NCBI GenBank assembly: GCA_963753435.1
Contig: CAVWCF010000001.1
Location: forward strand, 1,056,001-1,120,000
Source: an uncultured Actinomycetota bacterium
GTDB lineage: Bacteria > Actinomycetota > Actinomycetes > CAVWCF01
Direction of reading: 5' to 3'
Length of the DNA stretch: 64,000 nt
Shown here in pieces: positions 22,676 to 34,579 of the stretch. Below the pieces are notes generated by a model. The model saw only the letters and a program-made list of their open reading frames with translations. It searched no databases and was not told the origin of the DNA. How positions within the stretch are numbered: the first letter of the stretch is position 1; the number at the start of each line of letters is the position of its first letter. A program made the translations under genes and the position numbers.

Positions 22676-23731
22676 CTAAGCCCCGCGAGCAGTCACCTCG
22701 GTGACCGGCATGGCGGTGTCGGCGCCGATGTCCAGCGGCGACGGCGCCCGGCCCCGAGCGACCAGTTCGGCGCCCAGGGCGGCGACCATCGCGCCGTTGT
22801 CGGTGCACAGCGCCGGCCGCGGCACCCGCAGGCGGATCCCTGCCTCGGCGCAACGGGCAGCGGCCACCTCGCGTAGCACGGAGTTGGCTGCGACCCCGCC
22901 GCCGATAAGGAGGTCGTCCACCCCGTGTTCGCGGCAGGCCAGCACCGCCTTGCGTGTCAGCACATCCACCACGGCCATCTGAAACGACGCCGACACATCC
23001 GCTGTGGGCACCGGCTCACCGGATCGCTGGCGGGCTTCCACCCAGCGCGCGACGGCGGTCTTGAGCCCAGAGAAGGAGAAGTCGTACCGGTGCTCGATCA
23101 GATCGTGCGGTGCGGTCAAACCGCGCGGGAAAGCGATCGCCGCAGGGTCGCCTTCCCGAGCCGCTCGGTCGATCGGTGGACCACCGGGGAACGGCATCCC
23201 CAGCAGGCGGGCCACTTTGTCGAACGCCTCCCCCGCAGCGTCGTCGATCGTGTGCCCCAGCGACCGGACCGATCCGGTGACGTCCTCGACCAGCAGCAGG
23301 CTGGAATGCCCGCCGCTGACCAGCAGCGCCAAACACGGCTGCGGCAGCGGGCCGTGCTCCAGTTGGTCCACGGCCACGTGGGCGGCGAGGTGATTCACCC
23401 CGTAGAAGGGCTTGCCGATGGCCAGAGCAAGCGCCTTGGCCGCGGCCACCCCGACAAGTAGCGCGCCGGCCAAGCCCGGACCGGAGGTGACCGCTACCGC
23501 GTCCACATCCGCCAGCCGCACGCCACCCCGCTGCAGCGCAGTTTCCAAGGTGGGCAGCATCGCCTCCAGGTGGGCGCGGCTGGCCACCTCCGGCACAACG
23601 CCACCGAATCGGGCGTGCTCCTGCATGCTGGACGCCAACGCCTCGGCCACCAGCTCGTGGCCGCGCACCAATCCGATACCGGTCTCGTCGCATGAGGTCT
23701 CGATCCCGAGGACGAGCGGGGCGTCAGCCAT
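22676..23731 (-). CDS. tsaD: tRNA N6-adenosine threonylcarbamoyltransferase TsaD
   Basis: [58 protein letters not shown]. Confidence 0.97.
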   Translation of the reverse strand: MADAPLVLGIETSCDETGIGLVRGHELVAEALASSMQEHARFGGVVPEVASRAHLEAMLPTLETALQRGGVRLADVDAVAVTSGPGLAGALLVGVAAAKALALAIGKPFYGVNHLAAHVAVDQLEHGPLPQPCLALLVSGGHSSLLLVEDVTGSVRSLGHTIDDAAGEAFDKVARLLGMPFPGGPPIDRAAREGDPAAIAFPRGLTAPHDLIEHRYDFSFSGLKTAVARWVEARQRSGEPVPTADVSASFQMAVVDVLTRKAVLACREHGVDDLLIGGGVAANSVLREVAAARCAEAGIRLRVPRPALCTDNGAMVAALGAELVARGRAPSPLDIGADTAMPVTEVTARGA

Positions 23732-24215
23732 CGTCTGCCCCGTTTCCCGGACCCGCGGTGAACCCGGCCGGCCCGGCCCGCAGGAGTCGGCGCAGGATCA
23801 GCGCATCGGCACCGTCGGGGTAGTAGCGGCGGCGCACCGACAACCGCTCGAAGCCATGGCTGGCATACAGGCGCTGCGCCGCATCGTTGTCGGCACGGAC
23901 CTCCAAGAGAATCGATCCGGCGTCACGATCCCGGGCGGCGTTGACGAGTTCTTCCAGCAACGCGGCACCCAAGCCCAGCCGCTGGCGATCGCTTCGCACC
24001 GCGATCGTCTGCACGTCCACCTCCGAACCCACCTGATTGATCCCCGCATACCCCGTCAGCCCGGTCTCGTCGCGCGCCGCGAAATAGGTGCGGCTGCCCG
24101 GCACCCCAGCTAGCTCGGACCAGAACGTCGGCGCGGACCAGGCGCTGGTACCGAACAGATCCCGGTCGATAGCCACGGCTTCGTCGATGTCCCACCAGCG
24201 CATCGCCTCGATCAC
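23724..24215 (-). CDS. rimI: ribosomal-protein-alanine N-acetyltransferase
   Basis: GNAT with [27 protein letters not shown]; between tsaB and tsaD. Confidence 0.9.
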   Translation of the reverse strand: MIEAMRWWDIDEAVAIDRDLFGTSAWSAPTFWSELAGVPGSRTYFAARDETGLTGYAGINQVGSEVDVQTIAVRSDRQRLGLGAALLEELVNAARDRDAGSILLEVRADNDAAQRLYASHGFERLSVRRRYYPDGADALILRRLLRAGPAGFTAGPGNGADDG

Positions 24216-24853
24216 GGCGTCACCGACTTGGGCCGCGACGGCATGGTCACGTCCGGACGCCGCAGGTATAGCGGTTGGGGCGCGGCAACCCGGCCCGCCG
24301 CCAGGTCGGCCGCCGCAATGCGGATGAGGGTCGCGGCCGACGGGTACACCGGCAGCTGGGCGCGGGGGAACGTTTCGGGGTAGAGCCCGGGGCCGGACCC
24401 GGCGACCGGACCCTGCCGAACCTGCGCCGGCAGGTCCGCCGGTGCGGTCACGTCCGGGCCCGATAGCCGTGCTCCGGACGGGCTGTAGGTCGCCCAGTAG
24501 ACCTCGCGACGGCGAGCGTCGGTGGCCACCGCGAACGGTTCATCGGATACGACGTCGGCGGCGATGACGTCCAGGGAGCAGACACCGTGCACGGGCACGC
24601 CGAGGGCGGAGCCGAGGACGCGGGCCGTCGTCAAGCCAACCCGCAGGCCGGTGAAGGGGCCCGGGCCAACTCCCACCGCGATGCCGGTCAACTGGACCAC
24701 AGTGACGCCGGCTTCGGCCAAGACCGCATCGATGAGCGGAACGAGGACCTCGGCCTGCCGACGCGGGTCGATTTGCGAGCGCTCGGCAAGCACCTGCGTA
24801 TCGGCGAGCGCAACCGCAACTGAGCCGGTGGCGGTGTCGATTCCGAGCAGCAC
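24212..24853 (-). CDS. tsaB: tRNA threonylcarbamoyladenosine biosynthesis protein TsaB
   Basis: LGIDTAT, GPGPFTGLRVG, DARRREVY, PLYLR. Confidence 0.95.
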   Translation of the reverse strand: MLLGIDTATGSVAVALADTQVLAERSQIDPRRQAEVLVPLIDAVLAEAGVTVVQLTGIAVGVGPGPFTGLRVGLTTARVLGSALGVPVHGVCSLDVIAADVVSDEPFAVATDARRREVYWATYSPSGARLSGPDVTAPADLPAQVRQGPVAGSGPGLYPETFPRAQLPVYPSAATLIRIAAADLAAGRVAAPQPLYLRRPDVTMPSRPKSVTP

Positions 24854-24862
24854 GGGGCGAGG

Positions 24863-25336
24863 CTACGTCCGGTCCGGGTCGAGCTTCACCGACTCGATTC
24901 GGACGGTTCGCACCTCCGAGTCGGCATCGCGCTCGATGAAGACCTCCCAGAACTGGCCGGGCCGGTCACCGGACGCGGCCAAGTGCTCGGCCTTGCCGGC
25001 GCCCCACTCGACCACGGTGACGGAGTCGGCCACGGAGGAGTCCAGGTCCAAGTCGTCCAGTTCCGCCATCGACCCCAACCGGTAGGCGTCGGCATGAACC
25101 AGGGCCGGTCCCCCAACCAGCGACGGGTGCACCCGGGCCAACACGAACGTCGGCGACGTGATCGGCCCTCGCACCTGCAGCCCCTCGGCGAGGCCCTGAG
25201 TGAACGTGGTCTTGCCAGCGCCCAAGGGTCCGGTGAGCACAACCAGATCACCGGCGCCGAGTCGACGGGCCAAGTCGGCGCCGAGCGCCCGCATCTCCTT
25301 GGCGTCGGGGACACGAACCGCACCGGCTGAACTCAC
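24863..25336 (-). CDS. tsaE: t6A biosynthesis ATPase TsaE
   Basis: GPLGAGKTT, TSPTF, HADAYRL, VEWG. Confidence 0.96.
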   Translation of the reverse strand: MSSAGAVRVPDAKEMRALGADLARRLGAGDLVVLTGPLGAGKTTFTQGLAEGLQVRGPITSPTFVLARVHPSLVGGPALVHADAYRLGSMAELDDLDLDSSVADSVTVVEWGAGKAEHLAASGDRPGQFWEVFIERDADSEVRTVRIESVKLDPDRT

Positions 25337-26379
25337 GCACCCACCTCGGCCAGTACTGCCCGCACCGCGTCGGCAACGGGCTCGGGGCGTTCCAGTTGCA
25401 GTAGGTGACCGGCACCGGGAACCACGATCAACCGGCCGCCGCGGACCGCGGCGGCGATGCGCTCGCCATGAACCGGTGGCGTGATCCGATCCGACCCGCC
25501 CATCAGCACCGGCACCGGCCGCTGCCCCATCCGCAGCAATCCCGGCCGACCATCGAAATCGTCAAGTTGGCTCAGGAAGTCGGCAAGGACCTGCGGGTCG
25601 GTACCAACAATCATCCGCTGCACGTTCTCCACGACGCCGGCGGGCACATGCGAGTCGAACGAGTACTGCCGGGTGAGAACGTGCGTGAGGTCGGACTCCG
25701 CAACCAGCCGACGCAACTTCGAGTCCGGCGCAGTGGCCCCGACGCGGCGCAAGACCTCCGGCGCCAGCGTCCGGCCCCACTTGGTCAGGCGAGCCGGCAG
25801 ACCGAACGACTCGTTGACCAACTCACTGGCCGACGTACTAGCCAGCACGACGCCACCGACACGCTCGAACACGTCCGGGTGTCGCTCGGCCAGCGCCATC
25901 ACGGCCATGCCGCCCATCGAATGTCCAAGCAGCACCAACGGTCCCGACGGCGCGGTGGCATCGATTACGACCCGGAGGTCGTCGGCCAGTTGCTCGATCG
26001 TGTTGCGGCCGGAACCGCCGACTCCCGATCGGCCGTGACCACGCTGGTCGAAGGTGACCCAGCGTTGTTGAGCGAGCAGTTCGCGCTGGAACACCCATGA
26101 GTCCGAGGTCAGCGCCAGGCCGTGCACCGCCACGATGGTCGCCGCTGCGGATCCGACCGGATCGGCGGTCTCGACCCAGAGGTCGACCTGGTCGTCGGTC
26201 ATCACGACGCTTTGCTCACTTGGCGGCAAGTCCGCCAGCGCCGTCAGGGAGACGCGCTCGGCGGTCTCCCGCGGCCTGCCGACCAAGCGCCGCTCGGCGA
26301 GGCGGCCCGCGGCGGCGCCGACCGCGATGCCGGCGGCCAACGCGCCCACCGCCAACCCGGTCGCTCCCTTGTTGCTCAT
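25333..26379 (-). CDS. alpha/beta hydrolase
   Basis: HG, DQRGHGRS, GHSMGG nucleophile elbow, D..TP, GAGH; lies between alr and tsaE. Confidence 0.92.
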   Translation of the reverse strand: MSNKGATGLAVGALAAGIAVGAAAGRLAERRLVGRPRETAERVSLTALADLPPSEQSVVMTDDQVDLWVETADPVGSAAATIVAVHGLALTSDSWVFQRELLAQQRWVTFDQRGHGRSGVGGSGRNTIEQLADDLRVVIDATAPSGPLVLLGHSMGGMAVMALAERHPDVFERVGGVVLASTSASELVNESFGLPARLTKWGRTLAPEVLRRVGATAPDSKLRRLVAESDLTHVLTRQYSFDSHVPAGVVENVQRMIVGTDPQVLADFLSQLDDFDGRPGLLRMGQRPVPVLMGGSDRITPPVHGERIAAAVRGGRLIVVPGAGHLLQLERPEPVADAVRAVLAEVGA

Positions 26380-27497
26380 GCGCCGACGTACTCCCGCCGC
26401 ACCCGTGGGCCAATCCGCGTGACGATTTCGTAGGCGATGGTTTCCGCCGCCTCCGCCCAGTCCGCTGCCGTCGGCTCACCGGCAGTGCCCGGCCCGAACA
26501 ACACCACGTCATCGCCGGCACGCACATTCGCATCGCCCACGTCCACGACGAACTGGTCCATGCACACCCGCCCGGCCACCTGATGACGGACACCGGCCAA
26601 CTGCACCGGCCCACGGTTGCCGGCGTGGCGCGGAACGCCGTCGGCGTACCCGAGAGGGACCAGAGCCAGGTTCGTAGCCGCCGCCGTGTGGTAGCTGTGC
26701 CCATACGAAACGCCCTGCCCAGCCGGTACCCGCTTGACCAGCGCGACCGGCGCGCTCAACGTCATCGCCGGGATCAGGCCGAGGTCGGCAGCGGTACCCA
26801 ACTCCGCGCCCGGCGAGATGCCGTAAACACCGATGCCTGGCCGCACGAGGTCGAAGTGCGTCTCGGGGCGGGTCAACGTCGCCGCCGAGTTGGCCAAGTG
26901 CCGCAGTTCCGGCTCCAGCCCCGCCGCCGCGGCGGCATCCAGAGCCGAGTGGAATGCGTCCAACTGCGCGTCGATCGTCGGGTGCCGCGGCGAATCCGCG
27001 TAGGCCAGATGGCTCCACACTCCGACGACCTCGATCCAGCCGGAGTCCTGCGCGGCACGGGCTTGCGCCACCAACTGCGGCCAGTCAGCCGGCGTCGCGC
27101 CGGCCCGGCCCAGGCCGGTGTCGACTTTCAGGTGCACGCGCGCCCGGCGGCCGACGCTCTGCGCGGCCGCAGCGACCTCCGCCAGGGCCCAATCGGCGGA
27201 GACCGACAGATCCACGTCCGCATCGACTGCCGCCGCCCACTGGTCGCCCGGGGTGGCCAACCAGGCCAGGGTGCGCGCCTGGATCCCCGCCGCCCGCAAC
27301 GCCAACGCCTCTTCGACGAGCGCCACGCCGAGCCACTGGGCACCACCGGCGAGGGCGGCACGGGCCGACGGCAGCAAACCATGTCCGTAGCCATCGGCCT
27401 TGACGACGGCCAGCACCGCGGCCGAGCCGGCGGCCGACACCAGCCGCTCGGTGTTGGCCGAAATCGCAGCCAAGTCGACTCGCGCAACTGCGCCCAT
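26376..27497 (-). CDS. alr: alanine racemase
   Basis: AVVKADGYGHG, HLKVDTGLGR, HLANSA, VRPGI, GYADG, GRVCMDQ. Confidence 0.97.
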   Translation of the reverse strand: MGAVARVDLAAISANTERLVSAAGSAAVLAVVKADGYGHGLLPSARAALAGGAQWLGVALVEEALALRAAGIQARTLAWLATPGDQWAAAVDADVDLSVSADWALAEVAAAAQSVGRRARVHLKVDTGLGRAGATPADWPQLVAQARAAQDSGWIEVVGVWSHLAYADSPRHPTIDAQLDAFHSALDAAAAAGLEPELRHLANSAATLTRPETHFDLVRPGIGVYGISPGAELGTAADLGLIPAMTLSAPVALVKRVPAGQGVSYGHSYHTAAATNLALVPLGYADGVPRHAGNRGPVQLAGVRHQVAGRVCMDQFVVDVGDANVRAGDDVVLFGPGTAGEPTAADWAEAAETIAYEIVTRIGPRVRREYVGA

Positions 27498-28948
27498 CAG
27501 TCGCTCGCGTCCTGCACGACGGCGAACGCGTCACCGAGCGCTGCGGTCAGGTCGCTGGCCGAGGCCGGGCGCGCGCCGCCGACCAGTCGTCCGGCGAGGC
27601 CATGAATCCAGGCGCCGGCCGCGGCAGCGGCGACGCCAGACGTACCACCGGCAAGCAGGGCACCGACCAACCCGGTGAGCACGTCGCCGGAACCTGCTGT
27701 CGCCAGCGCCGGAGTGCCGGTGGGGTTGGCGATCACTTGCTGTTGACCGGGTTGGGCCACGAGGCTCGTGGAACCCTTGAGCAGCACGGTCGCCCCGAAC
27801 CGATCCGCCGCCTGCTGCGCGTGCCAAAGGCGCCGGGCCGCGACGTCGTCGGCAGCAACGCCCAACAGCCTTCCCAACTCCCGAAAGTGCGGAGTGAGCA
27901 CGGTATCGGCGCTGCGACCGGCGAGCAGGTCCGGCTGCTGCGCCAGGATGGTCAGCGCATCCGCATCGAGCACCGTCGGCACATCCGCTGCCAGAGCGGC
28001 GGCAACCCGCTCAGCGGCGGCGGCGTCGGTCCCGAGGCCCGGTCCGACCGCCCAGGCCTGCATCCGGCCAGCGGCGGCGGGGTCTTCGCCTACGACGACT
28101 GCTTCGGGGTGGGCCAACCGCACCGGCCCCGATACGCCCTTGCCGGCGCATACGCGGACGTAGCCGGCTCCGGAATTCAGCGCCGCGCCTGTGGCCAGGA
28201 TGGCCGCCCCCGGGTACCGGCTGGAGCCGGCGAGCACCCCCAGCACCCCGCGGCGGTACTTGTCCGCGTCCCGGTCCGGCGCCGGCAGGCATGCGGCCAC
28301 GTCGTCCACCTGCCAGGCGAGCACTGCGGCCTCGGGCAAATCGGCCAGGCCGATGTCAACCAGTCGAACGGTGCCGCAACGGCCGGCCGCCGGGTCGATC
28401 AGGTGGCAGGCCTTGTAGGTGCCGAAGGTGACGGTTACATCGGCCTGGACCGCCGGCCCGGAAACGGCCCCGGTGTCCGGGTCCACGCCACTGGGCAGAT
28501 CGACGGCGACGACGACTGCAGCCGGACCGATCGCGTCCACCAGGGCGGCGGCGTCGGCACGCAACGGACCCTTGGCACCGATGCCGACGATGCCGTCCAG
28601 CACCAGGTCGGCCCCAGCGAGGGCGGCGACCGCGGCAGCGCCGTCCACCGACCGAGCGCCGGCTGCGGTAGCCGCGGCCAGGCCGGCCGCGTGTGGTGCC
28701 GCCGTTGCCACGACGCGAACCGAGGCGCCTCGGGCAGCCAGGTGCGCGGCCGCGAACAATGCGTCGCCACCGTTGTCTCCGGAACCGACCAGGGCCACGA
28801 CTTCGGCGCCGTAAACCTGGTCCAGCAGGCTGGCGCAGGTGGCCGACAGGCCGGCCGCGGCTCGGCTCATCAGCGTTCCGGCCGGCAGCCGCTGCATCAG
28901 TGCGGCTTCGGCGGTGCGAACGTCAGCTACCGAGTGCGCGGCGCGCAA
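27497..28948 (-). CDS. nnr: bifunctional NAD(P)H-hydrate epimerase/dehydratase
   Basis: GSGDNGGD, DLPSG, YPGAA, GPGLG, LDADAL, LTPH, LKG, ATAGSGDVLTG; TTG start. Confidence 0.93.
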   Translation of the reverse strand: MRAAHSVADVRTAEAALMQRLPAGTLMSRAAAGLSATCASLLDQVYGAEVVALVGSGDNGGDALFAAAHLAARGASVRVVATAAPHAAGLAAATAAGARSVDGAAAVAALAGADLVLDGIVGIGAKGPLRADAAALVDAIGPAAVVVAVDLPSGVDPDTGAVSGPAVQADVTVTFGTYKACHLIDPAAGRCGTVRLVDIGLADLPEAAVLAWQVDDVAACLPAPDRDADKYRRGVLGVLAGSSRYPGAAILATGAALNSGAGYVRVCAGKGVSGPVRLAHPEAVVVGEDPAAAGRMQAWAVGPGLGTDAAAAERVAAALAADVPTVLDADALTILAQQPDLLAGRSADTVLTPHFRELGRLLGVAADDVAARRLWHAQQAADRFGATVLLKGSTSLVAQPGQQQVIANPTGTPALATAGSGDVLTGLVGALLAGGTSGVAAAAAGAWIHGLAGRLVGGARPASASDLTAALGDAFAVVQDASD

Positions 28949-28951
28949 GGG

Positions 28952-29302
28952 TCAGCCCTCCGCCAGGACGATCGCGGTGGCGATGCCGCCGTCATGCGCC
29001 AACGACAGGTGCCAGCGGCGCACACCACGCAATTGCGCGGCTGCCTGCACCGTTCCGCTGATCACCAACTCTGGGGCGCCGCTTTCGGCGAGTACTACTT
29101 CGGCGTCGGTCCAAACCAACCCAGTGGGTGCCCCCAGCGCCTTGGCCAGCGCCTCCTTGGCGGCGAAGCGGGCGGCCAGCGACTGCAGCGACAGGGACTG
29201 CTCAGCCAGGGTGAACAGCCGCGCGCGCATCCGTGGGGTTCGCTGCAGGGTGACCTCGAAGCGCGCGATGTCGACCACATCCACACCGATGCCCACGATC
29301 AC
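28952..29302 (-). CDS. acpS: holo-[acyl-carrier-protein] synthase
   Basis: [21 protein letters not shown]. Confidence 0.95.
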   Translation of the reverse strand: MIVGIGVDVVDIARFEVTLQRTPRMRARLFTLAEQSLSLQSLAARFAAKEALAKALGAPTGLVWTDAEVVLAESGAPELVISGTVQAAAQLRGVRRWHLSLAHDGGIATAIVLAEG

Positions 29303-29309
29303 AGCAGGC

Positions 29310-31157
29310 CTACTCGACTGTTACGGACTTGGCCAAGTTGCGTGGCTGGTCAACATCATGGCCACGCGCGGTAGCCATCTCGCAGGCGAACACCTGCAGC
29401 GGCACCGTTGCCACCAACGGCTGCAGCAGGGTCGGCACGGCCGGCAACTCGATCAGGTCGGATGCGTACGGGTGCACCGCGGAGTCGCCTTCCTCGGCGA
29501 GCACGATCGTGCGGGCCCCACGGGCGCGCACTTCCTGGATGTTGCTCACGATCTTGTCGTGCAGCACCTGGCTGCCCCGTGGCGACGGAACCGTCACGAA
29601 GACCGGCAGCCCTTCATCGATGAGGGCGATCGGGCCGTGCTTCAACTCACCGGCCGCGAAACCCTCCGCATGCATGTAGGCCAATTCCTTCAGCTTCAGC
29701 GCACCCTCCAGAGCCACCGGGTACCCGACGTGACGTCCGAGGAAGAGCACCGACTGCTCCGTCACCATGCCCCGCGCCAACTCCCGAACCGGTTCCAGCT
29801 GCGCCAACACGGCGCTGACGGCGTCCGGCATCGCATGCAGTTCGTCGATCACGGTCGCGATTTCGTCGCCGAAGAGGGCGCCACGCACCTGGGCCAGGTA
29901 GAGACCCACCAGGTAGGTGGCAACCACCTGGGTCAGGAACGCCTTCGTGGAGGCCACGGCGATCTCGGGGCCGGCGTGGGTGTACAGCACCGCGTCGGAC
30001 TCACGCGGGATGGTCGCTCCGTTGGTGTTGCAGATGGCCAGCACCCGGCTGCCCTGCTCGCGCGCGTGCCGCAGCGCCATGAGGGTGTCCATGGTTTCGC
30101 CGGACTGGCTGATGGCCACGACGAGGGTGTCGCGGGTCAGGATCGGGTCGCGGTAGCGGAACTCGCTGGCCAACTCGACTTCGACGGGTATCCGCGTCCA
30201 GTGCTCGATTGCGTACTTGGCGATCAGGCCCGCGTGGAATGCCGTGCCGCAGGCGATCACCACGATCTTGTCCGTGTCGCGTAGTTCGGCCTCGGACAGA
30301 CGCATCTCGTCCATGGTCAGGCGCCCGGCGGCGTCCACCCGACCCAGCAGGGTGTCCGCGATCGCGCGCGGCTGCTCCGCGATCTCCTTGAGCATGAAGT
30401 GGTCGTACCCGGACTTCTCCGCCGCCGACGCATCCCAGTCGATGTGGAAGGGGGTTCCGTCGACGGAGTTGCCATCGAAGTCGGTGACTGTGACCGCATC
30501 TGCCGTCGCCGTGACCACTTGGTCCTGACCCAACTCCAAGGCGTCCCGCGTGTGCGCGATGAACGCGGACACGTCACTGGCCAGGAAGTTCTCCCCAGCG
30601 CCCAGGCCGACCACCAGTGGCGAGTTGCGACGGGCGGCCACGACCACGTCCGGTGCGTCGGCGTGGACGGCAACCAAAGTGAACGCGCCCTCGAGGCGCC
30701 GACAGACGATGCGCATCGCCTCGGACAGGTCGCCGGTCTTGTCGTATTGCTCGGCAAGCAGGTGCGCGGCCACCTCGGTGTCGGTTTCCGACGCCATCTG
30801 CACGCCCCGCTCGGCGAGTTCGGCACGCAACACGGCGAAGTTCTCGAGGATCCCGTTGTGGATCACCGCCAAGCGCCGGGCGGTGTCGGTGTGGGGGTGG
30901 GCGTTTACATCATTGGGGGCGCCGTGAGTGGCCCACCTGGTGTGACCGATGGCCGTGGCGCCGGCCGGCAACGGCTCCACGTCAAGCGCCGCAACCAGGT
31001 TGGCCAACTTGCCCGCCCGTTTGGTGACCGCCACCGTGCTGTCGTCGACGACTGCGATGCCGGCGGAGTCGTACCCGCGGTACTCCAAGCGCCGCAGACC
31101 ATCGAGGACGACCTCGACGCCGGGACGGGGTCCGACGTACCCAACGATTCCGCACAT
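29310..31157 (-). CDS. glmS: glutamine--fructose-6-phosphate aminotransferase
   Basis: [48 protein letters not shown]. Confidence 0.98.
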   Translation of the reverse strand: MCGIVGYVGPRPGVEVVLDGLRRLEYRGYDSAGIAVVDDSTVAVTKRAGKLANLVAALDVEPLPAGATAIGHTRWATHGAPNDVNAHPHTDTARRLAVIHNGILENFAVLRAELAERGVQMASETDTEVAAHLLAEQYDKTGDLSEAMRIVCRRLEGAFTLVAVHADAPDVVVAARRNSPLVVGLGAGENFLASDVSAFIAHTRDALELGQDQVVTATADAVTVTDFDGNSVDGTPFHIDWDASAAEKSGYDHFMLKEIAEQPRAIADTLLGRVDAAGRLTMDEMRLSEAELRDTDKIVVIACGTAFHAGLIAKYAIEHWTRIPVEVELASEFRYRDPILTRDTLVVAISQSGETMDTLMALRHAREQGSRVLAICNTNGATIPRESDAVLYTHAGPEIAVASTKAFLTQVVATYLVGLYLAQVRGALFGDEIATVIDELHAMPDAVSAVLAQLEPVRELARGMVTEQSVLFLGRHVGYPVALEGALKLKELAYMHAEGFAAGELKHGPIALIDEGLPVFVTVPSPRGSQVLHDKIVSNIQEVRARGARTIVLAEEGDSAVHPYASDLIELPAVPTLLQPLVATVPLQVFACEMATARGHDVDQPRNLAKSVTVE

Positions 31158-31183
31158 GGGGATTGAGCCTAGTCGCGACCGGG

Positions 31184-32521
31184 TCAGCTGAGGGCGGCGC
31201 GAACCGCCTGCGCCAGCCGGCCCGCCACCGACTCCGCGGCGTCCTCGGTGGGCGCCTCGACCATCACCCGGACCACCGGCTCGGTTCCGGACGGACGCAG
31301 CAGCACCCGCCCGGTGTCGCCGAGTTCGGCCTCGGCTTCGGCTACCGCCGCAGCCACCTCGCTGCTGCCGGCCAACTTGCCCCGGTCGACGCCGGTCACG
31401 TTGATCAGAACCTGGGGCAGACGCTGCACGACCGCGGCGAGGTCGGCCAAGGACCGACCGGTGGCGGCAACGCGGGCGGCCAGCAGCAGGCCGGTGAGCA
31501 GCCCGTCGCCCGTGGTTGCGTACTCGGCCAGGATCACGTGGCCGGACTGCTCCCCACCCAAGGCGAAGCCACCGGAGACCATCCGCTCGAGGACGTAGCG
31601 GTCGCCGACTGCCGTCTGCTCCAGCACGATCCCGTGCGACTGCAGGGCCAGCTTCAGGCCCAGGTTGGACATGACCGTGGCCACGACCGTGTCCGCGACC
31701 AAGTGTCCGGATTCCTTCAGCGCCAGCGCCAACATCGCGAGGATCTGGTCACCGTCGACGATGGCACCGTCGGCGGTGACGGCCAGGCACCGGTCCGCAT
31801 CGCCGTCGTGGGCCAGACCCAAGTCGGCGCCGGACTCACGGACGGCCCGCTGCAGCGGCTCCAGGTGCGTGGAGCCACAGCCATCGTTGATGTTGATCCC
31901 GTCCGGGTCACAGCCGATCGCGACAACCTCCGCGCCCGCGCGCCGCAGCGCCTCCGGGGCGAGGCGGCTGGCGGCGCCGTTGGCTCCGTCGACGGCGACC
32001 CGCAGGCCGCTCAAGGAGTTCGGTACTGCGGCGAGCAGGTGTTCCAGGTAGCGCTCGGCACCGTCATCCAGGGTCCGCACGCGGCCGACAGCGGCGCCGG
32101 TGGGCCGATCCCAGGGTTCGTTGAGCCGGTCCTCGATGGCGTCCTCGACGGCGTCGGGCAGTTTGCGGCCGCCCGCGGCGAACAACTTGATGCCGTTGTC
32201 GGGCGCAGGGTTATGCGATGCCGAGAGCATCACGCCCAGGTCGGCGCCCAGGTCGGCGGTGAGGAAGGCCAGCGCCGGGGTCGGGACCACGCCGGCGTCG
32301 GCAACGTCCATGCCCGCGCTGGACAGTCCGGCGATGACCGCCGCAGAGAGGAATTCCCCACTGGCACGTGGGTCTCGACCCACCACAGCCGTTCGCCGCC
32401 GACTGCCGTCGGCCTCGGACAGGATGTGGGCTGCCGAGACGGCGACCTCGAGGGCGATCTCGGCGGTGAGGTCCGCGTTCGCGAGTCCCCGGATCCCGTC
32501 AGTGCCGAAGAGCCGGCCCAA
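31184..32521 (-). CDS. glmM: phosphoglucosamine mutase
   Basis: [34 protein letters not shown]; TTG start. Confidence 0.97.
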   Translation of the reverse strand: MGRLFGTDGIRGLANADLTAEIALEVAVSAAHILSEADGSRRRTAVVGRDPRASGEFLSAAVIAGLSSAGMDVADAGVVPTPALAFLTADLGADLGVMLSASHNPAPDNGIKLFAAGGRKLPDAVEDAIEDRLNEPWDRPTGAAVGRVRTLDDGAERYLEHLLAAVPNSLSGLRVAVDGANGAASRLAPEALRRAGAEVVAIGCDPDGININDGCGSTHLEPLQRAVRESGADLGLAHDGDADRCLAVTADGAIVDGDQILAMLALALKESGHLVADTVVATVMSNLGLKLALQSHGIVLEQTAVGDRYVLERMVSGGFALGGEQSGHVILAEYATTGDGLLTGLLLAARVAATGRSLADLAAVVQRLPQVLINVTGVDRGKLAGSSEVAAAVAEAEAELGDTGRVLLRPSGTEPVVRVMVEAPTEDAAESVAGRLAQAVRAALS

Positions 32522-32524
32522 CGA

Positions 32525-33037
32525 TCAGCGCTTGCTGTACTGGGGAGCCTTGCGGGCCTTCTTCAGGCCGTACTTGCGACGCTCCTTGGCCCGGGGGTCA
32601 CGCGTGAGGAAGCCGGCCTTCTTCAGCCCCGGGCGGTTGCCGTCGGTGTCGACCTCGTTGAGCGCCCGCGCCACACCCAGCCGCAGGGCGCCGGCCTGAC
32701 CGGAGACACCGCCACCGTGGATGCGCGCGACCACGTCGTAACGACCGTCCATGCCGAGCAGCACCAGCGGCTCCTTGACCGTCTGCTGGTGCACCTTGTT
32801 CGGGAAGTACTCCTCAAGCGAGCGGCCGTTGACCGTCCACTTGCCGGTTCCAGGCGTGATGCGCACCCGCGCAACGGCCTCCTTGCGTCGGCCGGTGGCC
32901 GCGCCGGGGCCGGTGGTCGCAGGACCGGCGGGACGGGCCGGGGCCTCGGTCTCGCTGGTGTAGGCGACCGCCTCAGCGGCGCCCTCGACCTCAGCGGCGC
33001 CTTCGACGTCGGCGATTGTTGCAGTCTCGTCCGTCAC
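32525..33037 (-). CDS. rpsI: 30S ribosomal protein S9
   Basis: [33 protein letters not shown]; acidic N-terminal extension. Confidence 0.97.
   Translation of the reverse strand: MTDETATIADVEGAAEVEGAAEAVAYTSETEAPARPAGPATTGPGAATGRRKEAVARVRITPGTGKWTVNGRSLEEYFPNKVHQQTVKEPLVLLGMDGRYDVVARIHGGGVSGQAGALRLGVARALNEVDTDGNRPGLKKAGFLTRDPRAKERRKYGLKKARKAPQYSKR
32971..33006. repeat. 18-bp in-frame tandem duplication in the S9 N-terminal extension (VEGAAE x2)
   Basis: cctcagcggcgccctcga / cctcagcggcgccttcga. Confidence 0.75.
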
Positions 33038-33065
33038 GAACCGGTCTCCTTGAATCCTGGCTGAG

Positions 33066-33509
33066 TTACTGAGCGATCTGGGTGATCTCGAAGGGCACCG
33101 GCTGCTGCGCTGCATGCGGGTGATCCGGGCCCGAGTAGACCTTGAGCTTGCTGATCTGGGCGCGGCCCAGGCGGTTGTGCGGAAGCATCCCCTTGACGGC
33201 CTTCTCAACCGCGCGGCGGGGGTTGGTCTCCAGCAACTCCGCGTAGGAGGTCGCCCGCAGGCCGCCGGGGAACCCGGAGTGCCGATAGGCGGTCTTCTGC
33301 TCCCGCTTGGACCCGGTCAGGGCCACCTTGTCCGCGTTGATGATCACGACGAAGTCACCGGTGTCCACATGCGGGGCGAAGATCGGCTTGTGCTTGCCGC
33401 GCAGCAGCGTGGCGGCCTGGGTGGCCAGGCGACCGAGCACCACGTCAGTGGCGTCAATGACGTACCACTGGCGCTGAACGTCACCGGGCTTGGGGCTGTA
33501 GGTGCGCAC
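33066..33509 (-). CDS. rplM: 50S ribosomal protein L13
   Basis: WYVIDA..VLGRLA, LRGKHKP, DTGD, KGMLP. Confidence 0.98.
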   Translation of the reverse strand: MRTYSPKPGDVQRQWYVIDATDVVLGRLATQAATLLRGKHKPIFAPHVDTGDFVVIINADKVALTGSKREQKTAYRHSGFPGGLRATSYAELLETNPRRAVEKAVKGMLPHNRLGRAQISKLKVYSGPDHPHAAQQPVPFEITQIAQ

Positions 33510-33633
33510 GTGTCGTCGCTTTCGTATCTCGATGTGGATGCCCGTCCGGAGGACCGAGCGGGTTCGCCCCAGACGGCGCGACCCGCCAAGGCAATGTGCA
33601 CAGCGATACCGCGCCCATCAGGGCAACCCGTGG

Positions 33634-33663
33634 AGCGTACCCGCAGCGGCAGCACAGGGTCAA
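33634..33663 (-). promoter_or_regulatory. putative rplM-rpsI promoter
   Basis: TTGACC-18 bp-TACGCT on the - strand. Confidence 0.65.
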
Positions 33664-33694
33664 AAGCGGGCGGCGGCTGCAGGGCCGGCCCCGT

Positions 33695-34579
33695 TCACGC
33701 GCGGGCACCGGCCGGACGCTCCCCCCGGTAGGACCGAGCCTGGGCGGCGCGGGCGGCCAGCTCCCCGTCGGCGGGGTACCGGACCTCCTCCAGGCACAAG
33801 CCGGACGGGCCGACGACCGTGACGCGCGGGTCCCGTTCGCCGGCGGCCAGCACCTCAGCGGGGAAATTGACGTCCCGACGGCCGTCGCCGACCGGCAAGA
33901 GAGCCCCCACCAGGGCCCGCACCATCGAATGGCAGAAGGCATCCGCCCGGACGCGGGCCACGGCGACGCCGTCACTGTCCCTGGACCACGAGTACTCCAG
34001 CAGCCGTCGGACCGTCGAGGCACCTTCACGGCGGCGGCACATGGCCGCGAAGTCGTGCTCGCCCAGGAGCGCAGCCGCCGCGACGTTCATCCGCTCCAAG
34101 TCGAGGTGGCGCCGATGGGCCAGCGTGTCCCGCCGTCGCGTCGGGTCGACCACGCCGTCGGCGACCCGATAGGAGTACCGCCGCCAAATCGCGCCGAAGC
34201 GCGCGTCGAAACCCGCAGGCGCCACCGCCACCCGAAGCACTGCCACATCCGCAGGCAGCAGCCCGGTCAGGCGCGCGCGCAGGTCGGCCAACGCGGGGGC
34301 GGCTGACCCTGCCGGTACGTCGCCGATCCCGTCGGCGGCCACGTCGCAGTGCACCACCTGACCCCGCGCGTGCACGCCGGCGTCGGTGCGACCGGCGCAG
34401 GTCGTGCCGACCGGTTGGCCAAGAGCGGTCCCCAGCGCCCGCTCGAGTTCACCTTGAACAGTGCGCCGCTGTGGCTGAATCGCCCACCCGGAGAAGTCCG
34501 TGCCGTCGTAGGCGACGTCCAGACGCAAGCGAACGGGCCCGCCTCCTGAGGTGGCGGGCCCGTTCAACTCAACACTCAC
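33695..34579 (-). CDS. truA: tRNA pseudouridine(38-40) synthase
   Basis: [41 protein letters not shown]. Confidence 0.97.
   Translation of the reverse strand: MSVELNGPATSGGGPVRLRLDVAYDGTDFSGWAIQPQRRTVQGELERALGTALGQPVGTTCAGRTDAGVHARGQVVHCDVAADGIGDVPAGSAAPALADLRARLTGLLPADVAVLRVAVAPAGFDARFGAIWRRYSYRVADGVVDPTRRRDTLAHRRHLDLERMNVAAAALLGEHDFAAMCRRREGASTVRRLLEYSWSRDSDGVAVARVRADAFCHSMVRALVGALLPVGDGRRDVNFPAEVLAAGERDPRVTVVGPSGLCLEEVRYPADGELAARAAQARSYRGERPAGARA

Noticed and set aside
31158-31183. glmS ribozyme
   Set aside because: The spacer is only 26 nt and contains a -10-like box; there is no room for it.
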